From contig NC_043014.1 of NCBI RefSeq assembly GCF_006345805.1, positions 38,936,001 through 39,000,000 on the forward strand: a stretch of 64,000 nucleotides of DNA, in the 5' to 3' direction. A program made the position numbers and the translations under genes. The notes below the pieces were generated by a model. That model ran no database searches and was not told the origin of the DNA. It saw only the letters and a program-made list of their open reading frames with translations. Positions 25,749 through 39,251 of the stretch are shown in pieces (the stretch's first letter is position 1; the number at the start of each line of letters is the position of its first letter). This stretch comes from Octopus sinensis (Eukaryota).

Positions 25749-26126
25749 CGTCTGGGCAGTTTTAACCTCACTAAGGAAGTGTGCCTTAAAAAACATTTCA
25801 CTAACCAAAAGATAATATCTTATTTTTCCTTTCCTATCTTTCTGTCTGTCTTTTCTTACTTGTAAATTTTATGCAACGGTCACGTCTTAAATCAATGTGA
25901 CCCAATTTAATTATCTGATAAACAATTAAATGCCAGCGATGAGCATAAAATGTCTGAGACTACCATACATTTCCTCTTTTTATCTTCCTTTCCGTCTCTC
26001 GTCCAGTGTACATAACGTGTTACCGATATTTTGACATCCGCCCAGATTTTATGCAATAGCCTGAGCGTTAATCAATCTGACCCAATGTAATTAATTATTT
26101 GATAAGTTTTTCAACTACTGCTTTCT

Positions 26127-26182
<56 letters not shown>

Positions 26183-27773
26183 TTCTCTCATATTCCTTCA
26201 ATAAGAGTACACCGGAAGGCCGATTCGATAGGGTTCTTGAATACTAAGAGATAAGCGGGGAATATCGTATCAACGCCATGTCATTCGTGTTCTTAACCAA
26301 AGCGTGTCACTTGCAAATGATCGATTCTTCATGGCTTTAAATAGGTATCACAAGGCAAGGAAAATTTGTACTGCTCTTTCCACTTAGGAGAAAGAAGGGT
26401 TCCACTAATATGAATTGTTCTTTACAAATAGACAGATAAAAGATAATTGATAATTAGGCTGATTTTTTTTCACATTGCTGCAATTACGTATGGCCGCGTT
26501 GATTCTTCATCCAATATAAGTTATGACAATTTTATTAACAATGAAGAGAGGATAGAAAATGAGGAGTTAGGGACGTTTGTGTGCATGGATGTGAGGGGGA
26601 ACTAATCCACATAGTATACATACAGTCTTATTAAGTGAAAATCCTCGGACAACAGGGATAGAAATTGTCCAAATAAATGTATATAGTTTTTGAGAAAACC
26701 AATACTTTGTAGAAAGCTCACGCTGTTTCAAACTACAAAACCTTTCAATATCGGTCCATATCGTTAATATTATTACAGGTGAGCGTGTACATAAATGTTT
26801 TCAAAATTCCATATAGATCAATGTGTATAGACAAAGTGAAGGGGAAATAGGCCACATTTTTTAGTGTATGGATATACTAGGTTTTTTTTTTCACTGGTTG
26901 AGATAACACTAATTTGATTGATAAAAAACGACTCCAGCCAGGTTCTTATTCTGAACCCACGCAAGCGATATATATTTCACAAAATATTTAAAAATTGAAA
27001 TAATATAAATAAAATTTGTTAATAAAATTGAGCCGGTAGAGGACTGTACTTTGTCGCGGACTGAGTACGACTCATCTTGTCTTACGCTTTATTAATTTGT
27101 TTTAATTAAAAGTAACTGAATAACGACGTTTTTCAGATTCGATATTTCCCTGTCTGTAGACATGTTATTAGATATTTGCAGAATACTTCTGGCAGATATG
27201 TGGCGTGATTATGACAAAGACTTCCTGACAGTTTATATATATCATTTATTGCTCGGTTATTACAAAGTTTCACGCAATTCAGACAGAGTCGATCTTATAT
27301 GAACATCGTGTTTTACAGGTAGCAGGGATCTTCAAAAGATAATTGATAATTAGACTGATTTTTTTCACATTGCTGCAATTACATATGGCCGCGTTGATTC
27401 TTCATCCACCTCCGGGTTGAGTGTAGAGCTGCAAAAAACAGCTATATGGCGAATCGCTCTGGTTTGAGTATGGAGCTGTGAAAACAGGTATGAAAGAGAA
27501 GGAGTCTCCCAGATCCATAAGCAATGGGCTCCTAATTCCTACTGCTTCTTCGCGCTGAAAGCCCCTGTATTTAAGGCCTTCGTTGATAGAAGGTGTTAGT
27601 TATTATCAAGTTGGAATGGGATCTGCACGCATGATAAAATCGCGATTCACATTTGATCGAAACTGGAGTTCAAGACAACTGTAAAAAATATTTTATGATG
27701 ACCGTATTTGATATAGATACACACACACTCACACACACCACACACACACATACACACACACACACACATATAC

Positions 27774-27852
<79 letters not shown>

Positions 27853-28462
27853 AGAATTAAATACAAAAGGAGATTAATATGGTTTGCAACATAAATGTTC
27901 TTCACAATGCGCTGTCTATTCAAACTTAATCCGAAAGAAAGAAAATAATTCTTCTCAATCGAAAAAGTAAATTTTATCGCCTGTATTGAAATTTGTTTTC
28001 GCTAATTTATACGCCCATTGAAACCTTACTTATCCGTCTCCATTTTCCATACGACTGAATAAGGCTTCTATATCGCATTAATTTATATATATATATGCTA
28101 AAAGATGGAAACATCTATGGAGGCGATTCGATATACTTTATATGAAAACGATTTTCTCAAGTGCATTTGTCTCGTAAAAACTTTATTATGTATAATCCCA
28201 TTCACATCTAGAATCTTTACAGAAGGAATATATTTGGCTTATATTTATATATTTATATATTTATTTCATATCGCAATTTGTAAAATATAGAGTCGTTGGT
28301 TATAAGTTTCCAACGAATTCGTCACTGGTTCATTATCTTTCTGGCGACGATAGTTAAAAGGAGCGTCTAACACGATGGAGAGCAAATACCTTAAGGGTTC
28401 TTCTTCATAAAGCATCGGCTTTTATTTATTTATTTTTTACACATACACGCTTCTGCCTACTC

Positions 28463-28982
28463 CGGTGGTTCTGAACCATTTTTTTTACCTATGGATTCCT
28501 TTTATTACTAGTTTACTGTGGTGAACCCACACAGCCTTCAATGTTTAAAAACTAGATACCGTAAATCCTCGAGTATAGTCCGCCCTTGTGTATAATACGC
28601 AGGGGATTTTTAGGGGGCTGTACCTCTGAAAAACCTAAACCTTGTGTATAATATGCACCCCTTCTCTAACTGAAAATGAACTTTCTTATCTTCCATTTTA
28701 AAGGGTTACAGAATTACCACAGGTTATAGGAACATAAACCTTTTCCACGAAAAGATAGCTTAAACTGTACTCTAAATGGAGACGTAGTCAAATCCTATTT
28801 TATAGACTCAACCGTGTTCTAAAATAAGTCGAAAGGTAAGCTACTATAAATCGGCACGAACTTTCCGGACAACCCAATACAATACACAAAATATTTTTTA
28901 AACATCGGATGACTATGGATGTCCACCAGAGTAAAATATGAATCAAAGGGGTCCATAGATAAAAAATGGTTGGGAACCATTG
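28463..28982. mobile_element. hAT-like MITE with nested pogo/Tigger-like fragment
   Basis: TIRs C(G/A)(G/A)TGGTTC..AACCATTTTTT at both ends. TACCGTAAATCCTCGAGTATAG at about 28557. No clear TSD. Confidence 0.55.
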
Positions 28983-29309
28983 CTCTAACCCCTATCCCAA
29001 AGATAGTTTCGATTGATTGTTAGGGGAACATTTACAAATAATATCGTCTACTGGATGGGTGTCAAAAATGGATAAATCTGATTGGTTAAAATTACAAAAC
29101 ATTTCAATTTTTAAAGGATTATTATTTTTTTAATTTTAATTATTAATTTCTTCAAAAGTGGTGGGGATTTTCATAATTTGCATGAAAAATTACATCCGTG
29201 TTGAAATATTCAGCAGAATCGGAAGAAATGTGTCAAATGTAAAGATACTAGTTTTCTGCAAGCTCGCTGATTTTTTGAGAATATAAATAATGGTTTCAAA
29301 TTTTGACTT

Positions 29310-29849
29310 AAGGCCAACAATTTCATGGGAAGAGGGTTAGGCGATTATATAGATCCCACTGCTCTACTGGTATTTATTTTATCAACCTTGAAAGGACGAA
29401 AGGTAAAGTCGACCTCAACGGAATTTGAACTCAAAAAAGATGGATGAAATACCCATTTGTTTACTACCCACAAGGGACTAAACATAGAGGGGACAAACAA
29501 GGACAGACAAACGGATTAAGTCGATTACATCGACCCAGTGCATAACTAGTACTTATTTTATCGACCCCGAAAGGATGAAAGGTAAAGTCGACCTCAACGG
29601 AATTTGAACTCAAAAAAGATGGATGAAATACCTATTTCTTTACTACCCACAGAGGGGACAAACAAGGACAGACAAACGGATTAAGTCGATTACATCAATC
29701 TCAGTGCATAACTGGTACATAATTTATTGACCCCGAAAGGATGAAAGGCAAAGTCGGCCTCGGTGGAATTTGAACTCAGGACGTAAGGGCAGACGAAATA
29801 CTGCTAAGCATTTCGCCCGGCGTGCTAACGTTTCTGCCGGCTCGCCGCC
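29310..29849 (-). mobile_element. SINE B2 host with two successive B1 insertions
   Basis: Junctions GAAATACC| at 29453 and 29632. A 54-bp host-specific segment is duplicated identically (29400-29453 and 29579-29632). Confidence 0.85.
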
Positions 29850-30477
29850 TTTGAGACTATGAATTGGTTTGTTTATTGAATGGGGGGTGGGGAGGGTTCA
29901 AAAATAAAACCCAACCACTGGGGAATTTGAACATGGAACATAGAAGGTAAGTAGATACAGTGAAGCATTGGTTCTAACGAAGTAGTAGCATACGAGCTCG
30001 ATAAATTTAAATAATTGAGACAACACTCGTTTCAAGGCGAAATATATGATGATAAACAACGCTTGACTAAACCGAAGAAAAGCAAGGTCAACGCCTCGAA
30101 ATCAATAAAGAAATAATGTTTATCCTTTTGAAATGGATTGGTGAATCAGAGTAATATATATGTTTCGGTCTAATTAGACTTCTCCAGTGAGTGAAGTGCC
30201 GTATAATCATTCACACGTCTGTTAGATCAAGGAAATCAAAAGAATATTTATAACGCTCTGCTTTTACTGTTAACCTAGCACCTTCATTAATGTAAAAGCA
30301 GACGAGTCAACGAGAGAGTTCGAATGAGTTTTTATGTAACCATTTGGTTTGCTAGAAAGAGTAACCAAATTTCCTTCAAATCAAACCCTACCACAGTGAT
30401 TTCCCACCCTTTTTACTTTTGAAGAAACCATCGAAATACATCCCGTGACCGAGGGAACACCTACATAAGAACATACA

Positions 30478-30815
30478 TCTTATTTCTTTATTGCCCGCAA
30501 GGGGCTAAACATAGAGAGGACAAACAAGGACAGACAAACGGATTAAGTCGATTGCATCGACGCCAATGCGTAACTGGTACTTATTTAATCGACCCCGTAA
30601 GGATGAAAGGCAAAGTTGATCTCGGCGGAATTTGAACTCAGAAAAGATGGACGAAATACCTATTTCTTTACTACCCACAAGGGGCTAAACACAGAGAGGA
30701 CAAACAAGGACAGACGAAGGGATTAAGTCGATTATATCGACCCCAGTGCGTAACTGGTACTTATTTTATCGACCCCAAAAGGATGAAAAGCAAAGTCGAC
30801 CTCGGCTGAATTTGA
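30478..30815 (-). mobile_element. SINE B1 dimer, 5' truncated
   Basis: Junction GAAATACC|TATTTC at 30660. Confidence 0.85.
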
Positions 30816-30883
30816 AACCGGGAAACCGGGCCCTTGTGCCTGGCTAGGCTTGAAAAGGGGTGCAGGAACTATGTACACGTAGA

Positions 30884-31025
30884 GGCACATGGCTTAGTGG
30901 TTAGGGTGTTGGACTCACGATCGTAACATTGTGGTTTCGATTCTTGGGCCAGGCGATGCGTTGTATTCTTGAGCAAAATACTTCATTTTATATTGCTCAA
31001 GTCTACTCAGCTGTGGAAATGAGTT
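30884..31025 (+). mobile_element. SINE E head (truncated)
   Basis: TGGCTTAGTGGTTAGGG...GTTTCGATTC...TTGAGCAAAATACTT CORE-like motif, running into the tandem repeat. Confidence 0.75.
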
Positions 31026-32149
31026 TAACTTGGAGAGGGATGGACTCTGCCAGACTCTTTCGCTTAAGATACGCTGCATAGCCGCAGTACCCCAACGACT
31101 CGCAAGGGGTTAAGGGACTTGTCAATTAGGTACACATTCATGAATACGACGCTTCGTTTGATCAGAGATGGTGTAAATACTCAGTCTAAAGATGAAGTTT
31201 AATGGTCCAAAAATTGTTTGTAATCTTAATACTTATCGTTATTCTTACAATTTTGTCTTCATCTTTGAAGTGAAGACTAAAGTGGTCCAGCTACTCAGTT
31301 GTGGAAATAAGTTTAGCTTGGAGAGGGATGGACTCCAACAGGCTCTCTCGTTTAAGATACGCTGCATAGCCGCAGTACCCCAACGGTTCTCAAGGGGTTA
31401 AGAGACTTGTCAATTAGGTACACATTCATGAATACGACGCCTCGTTTGATCAGAGATAGTGTAAATACTCAGTCTAAAGATGAAGTTTAATGGTCCGAAA
31501 ATTGTTTTTAGTCTTAATACTTACCGCTATTCTTACATTTTTGTCTTCATCTTTGAAGTGAAGACTAAAGTGGTCCAGCTACTCAGTTGTGGAAATAAGT
31601 TTAGCTTGGATAGAGACGGACTCCTCCAGGCTCTTTCGCTTAAGATACGCTGCATAGCCGCAGTACCCCAACGACTCTCAAGCGGTTAATAGACTTGTCA
31701 GCTAGGTACACATTCATGAATACGACGCCTCGTTTGATCAGAGATAGTGTAAATACTCAATCTAAAGATGAAGTTTGATGGTCCGAAAATTGTTTTTAGT
31801 CTTAATACTTATCGCTATTCTTACATTTTTGCCTTCATCTTTGAAGTGAAGACTAAAGTGGTCCAGCTACTCAGTTGTGGAAATAAGTTTAGCTTGGAGA
31901 GGGATGGACTCCACCAGGCTCTCTCGCTTAAGATACGCTGCATAGCCGCAGTACCCCAACGGTTCTCAAGGGGTTAAGAGACTTGTCAACTAGGTACACA
32001 TTCATGAATACGACGCCTCGTTTGATCAGAGATAGTGTAAATACTCAGTCTAAAGATGAAGTTTAATGGTCCGAAAATTGTTTTTAGTCTTAATACTTAC
32101 TTATCGTTATTCTTACATTTTTGTCTTCATCTTTGAAGTGAAGACTAAA
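31003..32149. repeat. Tandem repeat, 288-bp unit, about 4 copies
   Basis: Identical-frame ORF starts at 31192, 31480, 31768 and 32056, with few substitutions between units. Confidence 0.95.
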
Positions 32150-32580
32150 AGTGTAGAATGAAATGTTAAGTTAAATACTTATCAGGGAAAAAATTAGTTT
32201 GATTTGGTGTTAATGGAAGAGCATGGAAGCTGCGTTTAGTCAGTCTTTTTTCCTTTCGTTCTCTTTTCGAATTCACTCGACACGCGGAAATACTTGAAAC
32301 ACTTTATAATAAAGAAGAAAAAACCCAAAGAAAACGTGTTCAAAGCATCACCCGCTCTAGCAAAATATACGATGGTGATGGATATACAAAACAGCTTTTC
32401 CAAAAACTGATGTTTGACAGTTTGATGCCAAAACATTTGTAGTCCCGTCGAATACGTCTGGTAAATAACTCTAAATGCCATACAAATCCAACCACTTACT
32501 CAACAACGTATGAAAAAAAGCTGTCAGTCGAATAAAACAAGGAATATTCAGCCCCCCCCTCTTCTTGTTCACCTCTCTTC

Positions 32581-32611
<31 letters not shown>

Positions 32612-32635
32612 TCCTTCCTTCTTTCTTTCCTTCCT

Positions 32636-32675
<40 letters not shown>

Positions 32676-33017
32676 TTTATGTTTATTTAATTCCATCTTA
32701 TTTACTTCCATCTCAGAAAGTGATAAATCTCTTCACTGAATGTCCTCGTTTTTTCTGGGGGTTTTTTGTCTGTTTTTTTATTGTTTGTTTTTATAAAGCA
32801 ATCCTATTCTTTCTCTCTCTCTCTCTCTCTCTCTCTCCCTCTCTCTTTCCCTCTCGCTTTCTCTCTTTCCCCACATTTTCTCTCCCCTCACTCTTTTGAT
32901 CTCTCTCTCTCTTCCTTTTTCTCATTCCCCTCTCTCTTCCTCCTCTCATCTTCACACACACACGCACATACACACACACACGCGCACACACACACACACA
33001 CACATGCGCATACACGC

Positions 33018-33050
<33 letters not shown>

Positions 33051-33532
33051 ACACACACACACTGGCGTAGCTAGAGTGTGCAGCCCTTGAGTTTTGTCGA
33101 AATCCCGCCCCATGCTTTTATAACAGCCAACCCAGAAGTGCCTTCGCATTAAATGCGTCGTCCGGGATCGACCGCCTCCACATCACCACTCCCCCAACAC
33201 CTACCTCACCTACGCTTCTGCACACACACACACACACATATACACATCAGGAATGTGGCAGTAAGAGCAGGCATAAACTACCCAAACTAAAACAATAAAT
33301 ATTAATTAATTGATTATTAAATATAAATCATTTTAAATTCGTAAAAAGAAAACAGAAATTGCTGATTTAATGTATGGGAATTTTGCGTATATTTCACTAA
33401 ACAGCTTCTCTTTTGATGTTGAACAACATTTTCCCGTGTACTTCAAACTGAAGGTTTATATTAAGTGTAAAACTATTAAACTTATGGTCTGCTATTTCAA
33501 CTCTCTATAATTAATAAATCATTGTGTTTATA

Positions 33533-33940
33533 GGCGCCGGATTGGCTGTGTGGTAAGTAGCTTGCTTACCAACCACATGGTTCCAGGTTCAATCCCACTG
33601 AGTGGCATCTTGGGCAAGTGTCTTCTTCTATAGTTTCAGGCTGACCTAAGCCTTGTGAGTGGATTTGGTAGACGGAAACTGAAAGAAGGCCGTCCTACAT
33701 ATGTGTGTGTGTATGTGTGTTAGTGTGTGTCTGTGTTTGTCTCCCCAACATCGCTTGACAACCGATGCTGGTGCGTTTGCATCCATGTAACTTAGTTATT
33801 CGGCAAAAGGGACCAATAGAATAAGTACTAGGCTTACAAAGAATAAGTCCTGGGGTCGATTTGTTCGACTAAAGGCAGTGCTCCAACATGGCCGCAGTCA
33901 AATGACTGAAACAAGTAAAGGAGTAAAATAGTAAAAGAGT
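33533..33940 (+). mobile_element. SINE A, full length, diverged
   Basis: Head, body and tail motifs. Confidence 0.85.
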
Positions 33941-34410
33941 ATAAAATAAGTGCAAATGTCATCTCTCTCTCTCTTACTGTGTCATTTAATTGCATAAAAT
34001 TTGCACGTGTCTTTTTGCTCTCATGATTGAACTTGTAGCGTTGGTGGAATGCATCCGCGTTCTCTGAGATATGCAGTGCAAATAATGTTTTAGCAGTTAA
34101 CTTTTGGCCGCTATTTGGACCCTGTTGTGCCCACTACTCTGATTGGTTGGCATTGGCGCATTTTGTCTCTAGACATATTTCGCACCAATGTGTAAACCAA
34201 CTAATCAGAACCTTCCTATAAGATCATGTGAGACAGCTTGTTCACAATCCAATTTGAGCCTTCCTTCTGCTTTAAAAGGCGTAAGCAATTCACTATATCT
34301 CGTCTTTGGTCTTCGGCCATTGACCACACCACAACCAAACAGCCAGTCCCAGCGACCCAGCCAGAATTTTTAAAATCCATATCTTTTAAGTGTTGGTATC
34401 TCTACCCCCA

Positions 34411-34444
<34 letters not shown>

Positions 34445-35894
34445 GACACACACACACATCATGCCTTGGATCAGCAACAACCACAAAAACTTTTTTTTCT
34501 TTATCGTAATTTCCTGTCATTTTATCTTACCCTACATTCTGAAACATATGTAACTCACGTTAAAATGGAAAAAAAATCTTACCCCACTCTTCCCTTCTTC
34601 ATTGTACTTTTCACAATGAAGGAAAAGTCAAACACTGCAAGTGGATGTGAGAAAAACAATATTTGAATTTTGAAAAAGTGTATCTATAAAGCAACGTTTT
34701 CAGTTCATTTATTTAAACTTCCTCTACTAATTCATCAACTGTGTTTTGAGATCTAATTTTGGTAATTTTCTAAGATTTTAATTCTTGTGTATAAAGGCCC
34801 CACCGAACTTGAAGTGCCCCAGGCTCCCTGTGGTTTAAATCTGGTCTTACTGACATTGCTGAAAAAAAAAATAATAATTGTTCAGAGTTTCTTGACACAA
34901 TATTCATTACTCAATTACAAAAAGTATGAAATTTCAAGTGTTCAACAATGACAAAAAGAGACAATAGAAAGGTCATAAGGATAGAGGTCATGACACCAAC
35001 TTATCTATAGAAATATAATATCATTGTGATATACGAGAAATAGAACACATACATAGCAAAGAAGACCTGCTCAGCAAAGTAAAATCTGTGTCAATGACCC
35101 TCTCCTCCATTTCCCACAACCCATCCATGCCCACTTCTGCTGTTTCACCCCCCACTTCCGTTCTCCCTTACATATCCACCTACCTGCCTGCACACAATAT
35201 GCACCTGTTAAATCCCTTCCCTGCCACTCACCTCTAGCTCCCACTCCCCTTTAAAAATCTTATAAACTCATCCACCCTACTCACACTCTTGAATCTCCTG
35301 TCCTCTCCACTATATACATCACCCTTGTAACTTGGGTGTTCGGGGCCCCAGTCTGTCACATCTTCACCAACTTTTCTTTTTCTCTCTTCTCCACCTGCAG
35401 AAGCCATGTCTCTCTTCTAATCCAAGACACCTTTCTGTCCTTCAATACTACTCCCTCCAGTTGAGGGGGTCTTGTCCTGCAACTTACTCGATAATCTTAC
35501 TGGTGCTGGCATGACATAAAAAGCACCTAGGACACTCTGTAAAGTGGTTGGTGTTAGGAAGGGCATCCAGCCATAGAAACCATGCCAAAACTGACAGCAA
35601 AGCTTGGTTCAGTCTTCTTACTTGCCTATTCCCATCAAGCTGTCTAACTCATGCCAGCATTAAAAAAATGGACATTAAATGATGATGATATATGCATATG
35701 TGCTCATATAGTCCACAGATGAAATCCAGAGATTTTCAGTATAGAGACATTTAGTAGTGCTCAGAAATATTCAAATTTAGACTCCAAAGTCTTTACAGGG
35801 GATCAATTCCACAGGTTAGAGAGGCTATTAAAAGGATCCACTTGAGTGGATATAAAGGCAGTTATGTGGATAAATAAATTAGGAAGAGGTTCTG

Positions 35895-36440
35895 AGAGTG
35901 ATAAAAATCAAACATCCAGTCAACATCATGGTGTTTGGAGTGATCACTAGTGATGGTGACATTATGCCTTCAGTCATCTTCCCACACAGCCTCAGACTCA
36001 ACATGGAATCCTACATCAAGTGCTTGGAGAAGGTAATGCAGCCCTGGGTCAAGAAGGTGGCTGCTGAAAGACCCTATGTCTAGCAACAGGAGACACTGCA
36101 CCATCCCACACAAGGAGGCGTGCCTAATCATGGCTGTCATACAATTTCTGTGACCATATCACCCCTAACATCTGGCCACCTAACTCCCCAGACTGCAACC
36201 CTGTTGATTATTATGTGTGGGGCGCAGTTGAGTGAGAGACCAACAAAACTCCTCGTAACACCAAAGATGAGCTGAAGGCAAGGATTATAACAGCATTCAC
36301 AAGGAAACCGTCCAGAAGAGTTGTAGGAGATTCTGAAGTCGTTTGGAGGCCATGGTAGAGACCAATGATTTTATTGAATAAATTTATTCTTTAGTATTTC
36401 AAGATATCAATTTATTTTGCAATATTCTTGATGTGAAATC
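35895..36440 (+). pseudogene. maT (D37D) Tc1/mariner transposase C-terminal remnant
   Basis: KHPVNIMVFGVITSDGDIMP...RPYV*QQ, frameshift, APSHT..SWLS.NFCDHITPNIWPPNSPDCNPVDYYVWGAVE*ETNKTPRNTKDELKARI. Spacing to the third Asp is consistent with D37D. Confidence 0.85.
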
Positions 36441-36602
36441 GTGTTTTGAAATTGATATTGTTGTATTTTGGGATGGTCATTTTTTTTTTTTTACCAAATA
36501 AATACACACACTATATTTTTTTTTCTTCACTCATTTATTACTGTTCTTATTTTATTATTTTAACTCATGTCCATTGTCCAGAAATCCTTCGTCACACATC
36601 TC

Positions 36603-37010
36603 TCTCTTTTACTCTCTTTTACTTGTTTCAGTCATTTGACTGCGGCCATGCTGGAGCACCACCTTTAGTCGAGCACATCGACCCCAGAACTTATTCTTTG
36701 TAAGCCTAGTACTTATTCTATCGGTCTCTTTTTACCGAACCGCTAAGTTACGGGGATGTAAACACAGCAGCATCGGTTATCAAGCGATGTTAGGGGGACA
36801 AACACAGACACAAACACACACACACACATATATATATACATATATACGACAGGCTTCTTTCAGTTTCCGACTACCAAATCCACTCACAAGGCTTTGGTCG
36901 GCCCGAGGCTATAGTAGAAGACACTTGCCCAAGGTGCCATGCAGTGGGACTGAACCCGGAACCATGTGGTTGGTAAGCAAGCTACTTACCACACAGCCAC
37001 ACCTGCGCCT
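36603..37010 (-). mobile_element. SINE A, full length
   Basis: Head, body and tail motifs. Confidence 0.9.
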
Positions 37011-37121
37011 GAGGAGTGAACTCTTCAGTGACACTTTCCATTTTCTTGTGTGTTCTTGCTCCACTTACTCCATTCTGTTCTTCTAAGATGTGTATCCTTA
37101 TGTATGCACGTGTTTGTGTCC

Positions 37122-37161
<40 letters not shown>

Positions 37162-37363
37162 AAGGTATGTTTGTGTGTGTGTGTATGTGAGTGTGTTATA
37201 GTTTTTTAGAAGCAGTGTGGCCTTCCCCTCAGCCCCATTCTCTCACTCCATTGTCCTGCTGCTGTCTTGAGACCCTGAAAAAAGAAAAAAACATGGTACA
37301 GTTCCTGTATTCCTTTGTGTATGTGTGTTCACCCATGGTGTTGCCATCATGGTAGTTGTTATA

Positions 37364-37594
37364 GGCGGCGAGCTGGCAGAAACGTTAGCACGCCGGGCGA
37401 AATGCGAAGCCGTATTTCGTCTGTCGTTACGTTCTGAGTTCAAATTCCGCCGAGGTCGACTTTGCCTTTCATCCTTTCGGGGTCGATAAATTAAGTACCA
37501 GTTACGCCCTGGGGTCAATGTAATCGACTTAATACCTATGTCTGTCCTTGTTTGTCCCCTCTGTGTTTAGCCCCTTGTGGGTAATAAAGAAATA
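37364..37594 (+). mobile_element. SINE B1 monomer
   Basis: TSD GGTAGTTGTT at 37351-37360 and 37595-37604. Confidence 0.9.
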
Positions 37595-37740
37595 GGTAGT
37601 TGTTGTTATTGTAGTTATTGCCATCATTGGCAAGATGTCTTTATGTAATTTTGGTAAATATATCTGTTAAAATGAATTATCAATATTATTTTCATTTTTG
37701 CGTAATTTAGATGACAGTTTATTCACCACACCTTGTATGT

Positions 37741-37927
37741 ATACATGAAAAACAAGAGAAAAAGAAATGAGACTTTCAGATGATGAATATTTAAGTACAA
37801 ATATATAGATATTTATATTAATAGATCCAAGTAAGTTGGATCTATTAATATAAATATCTATATATTTGTACTTAAATATTCATTGTCTGAAAGTCTCAAT
37901 CTTTTGCTTTCTCTCATTTTTCATGTA
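37741..37927. repeat. Near-perfect hairpin (foldback)
   Basis: 63-bp arms 37768-37830 and 37836-37898, loop GTAAG. Outer ATACATGAAAAA / TTTTTCATGTAT. Confidence 0.9.
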
Positions 37928-38144
37928 TTGTTGTGTGGACACCCCCAGACGATGAAGTAGGCTAGCCCAATACGAAGATATAGAGGGAGAAGCTTAGACA
38001 TCAGGAGCACAGTCGAGTCAAATAGCAGTCGGAGTAGAGAACAGTTGGGTAGAAGGCATCCGAACGTGTGGCATAACAGTGGTAGAGTAGCAGGCAGAGT
38101 TGAGAGTTGAGTAGAGGATCCGAATGTGTGACATAACATGTATA

Positions 38145-38152
<8 letters not shown>

Positions 38153-38198
<46 letters not shown>

Positions 38199-38350
38199 TT
38201 AGCGTTCGCTTTCCATGTTAGCATGGGTTGGACGGATCAACTGGGATCTGGGAAGCCAGAAGGCTGCACCAGGCCCAGTCTGATCTGGCAATGTTTCTAC
38301 GGCTGGATGCCCTTCCTAACGCCAACCACTCCAAGAGTGTAGTGGGTGCT
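38153..38350 (-). mobile_element. RTE-tail repeat (family D) with (GAT)n tail
   Basis: GTTGGCGTTAGGAAGGGCATCCAGC motif typical of RTE 3' ends. Other copies at about 35480-35690, 39960-40221, 42130-42570, 45755-46030, 47765-48050, 48560-48715 and 61590-61750. Confidence 0.75.
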
Positions 38351-39212
38351 ATGTATATATATTTTTCTTTACTACCCACAAGGGGACAAACAAGGACAGA
38401 CAAAGGGATTAAGTCGATTACATCCACCGAAGTACCAGTTACGCACTGGGGTCAATGTAATCTACTTAATCCCTTTGTCTGTCCTTGTTTGTCCCCTCTG
38501 TGTTTAGCCCCTTGTGGGTAGTAAAGAAAAATAAATATACATATTCTGTATTTCATATCCAAACTATTATATTATATTTCCCTCTCTCTCTTTCTCTCTC
38601 TTTCGGAGAGGCACATATACATACACATATACATACATATACACGCACATATACATACACGGCAGTAACTTCTGCCTGCCGAATTCAATCACAAAGCTTC
38701 GGTCGGCTCAGGGCTATAGCGGAAGACACCTACCCAAAGTGCCACGCAGTGGGTCTGAACCCGAAACCATGTAGCTAGGAAGCAAGCTCCCTAACCACAC
38801 AGCCATGCCCGTATGTCTAATTTGCTTATCCACATAATTGCCTTTGTGTGCATATATGTATGTGTGGAGGCACATGGCCTAGTGGTTAGAGCAGCAGACT
38901 CACTAAAGCAATTTCTGAAGCTGAAGCTGTATGAAAAGTAGGTTTTGGTAACTTTTGGTGCTTGATAAGTGGAATAAACTACTTTGCCAACTTGGCAAAG
39001 CCATATCAGTAGAGAAATATTGCCAGGAAATCCTCAAATTGTACCAAGTTCTGCAATGGTCAATAATTGCATTCAAGAAGGAATCAATGAAAACGGACTG
39101 ATCTTTTTTTTTTTTTTCCCCATGACAACATCTAATCACGTTTCACAAATTACTCTGCAAAAATTAAACAATCTGAGATGTGACAGACACTCTACCTCAT
39201 CACACTTACATT

Positions 39213-39251
<39 letters not shown>

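Noticed and set aside
29935-29955. Perfect donor AAG|GTAAGT
   Set aside because: No upstream acceptor or coding frame is visible, and isolated donor matches are expected by chance in 64 kb.
33060-33220. TATAAAA plus GC box on the minus strand, with a donor at 32500
   Set aside because: The segment is bounded by TIR-like ends (CACTGGCGTAGC / CTACGCTTCTG) and is probably a MITE remnant. Nothing links it to the donor.
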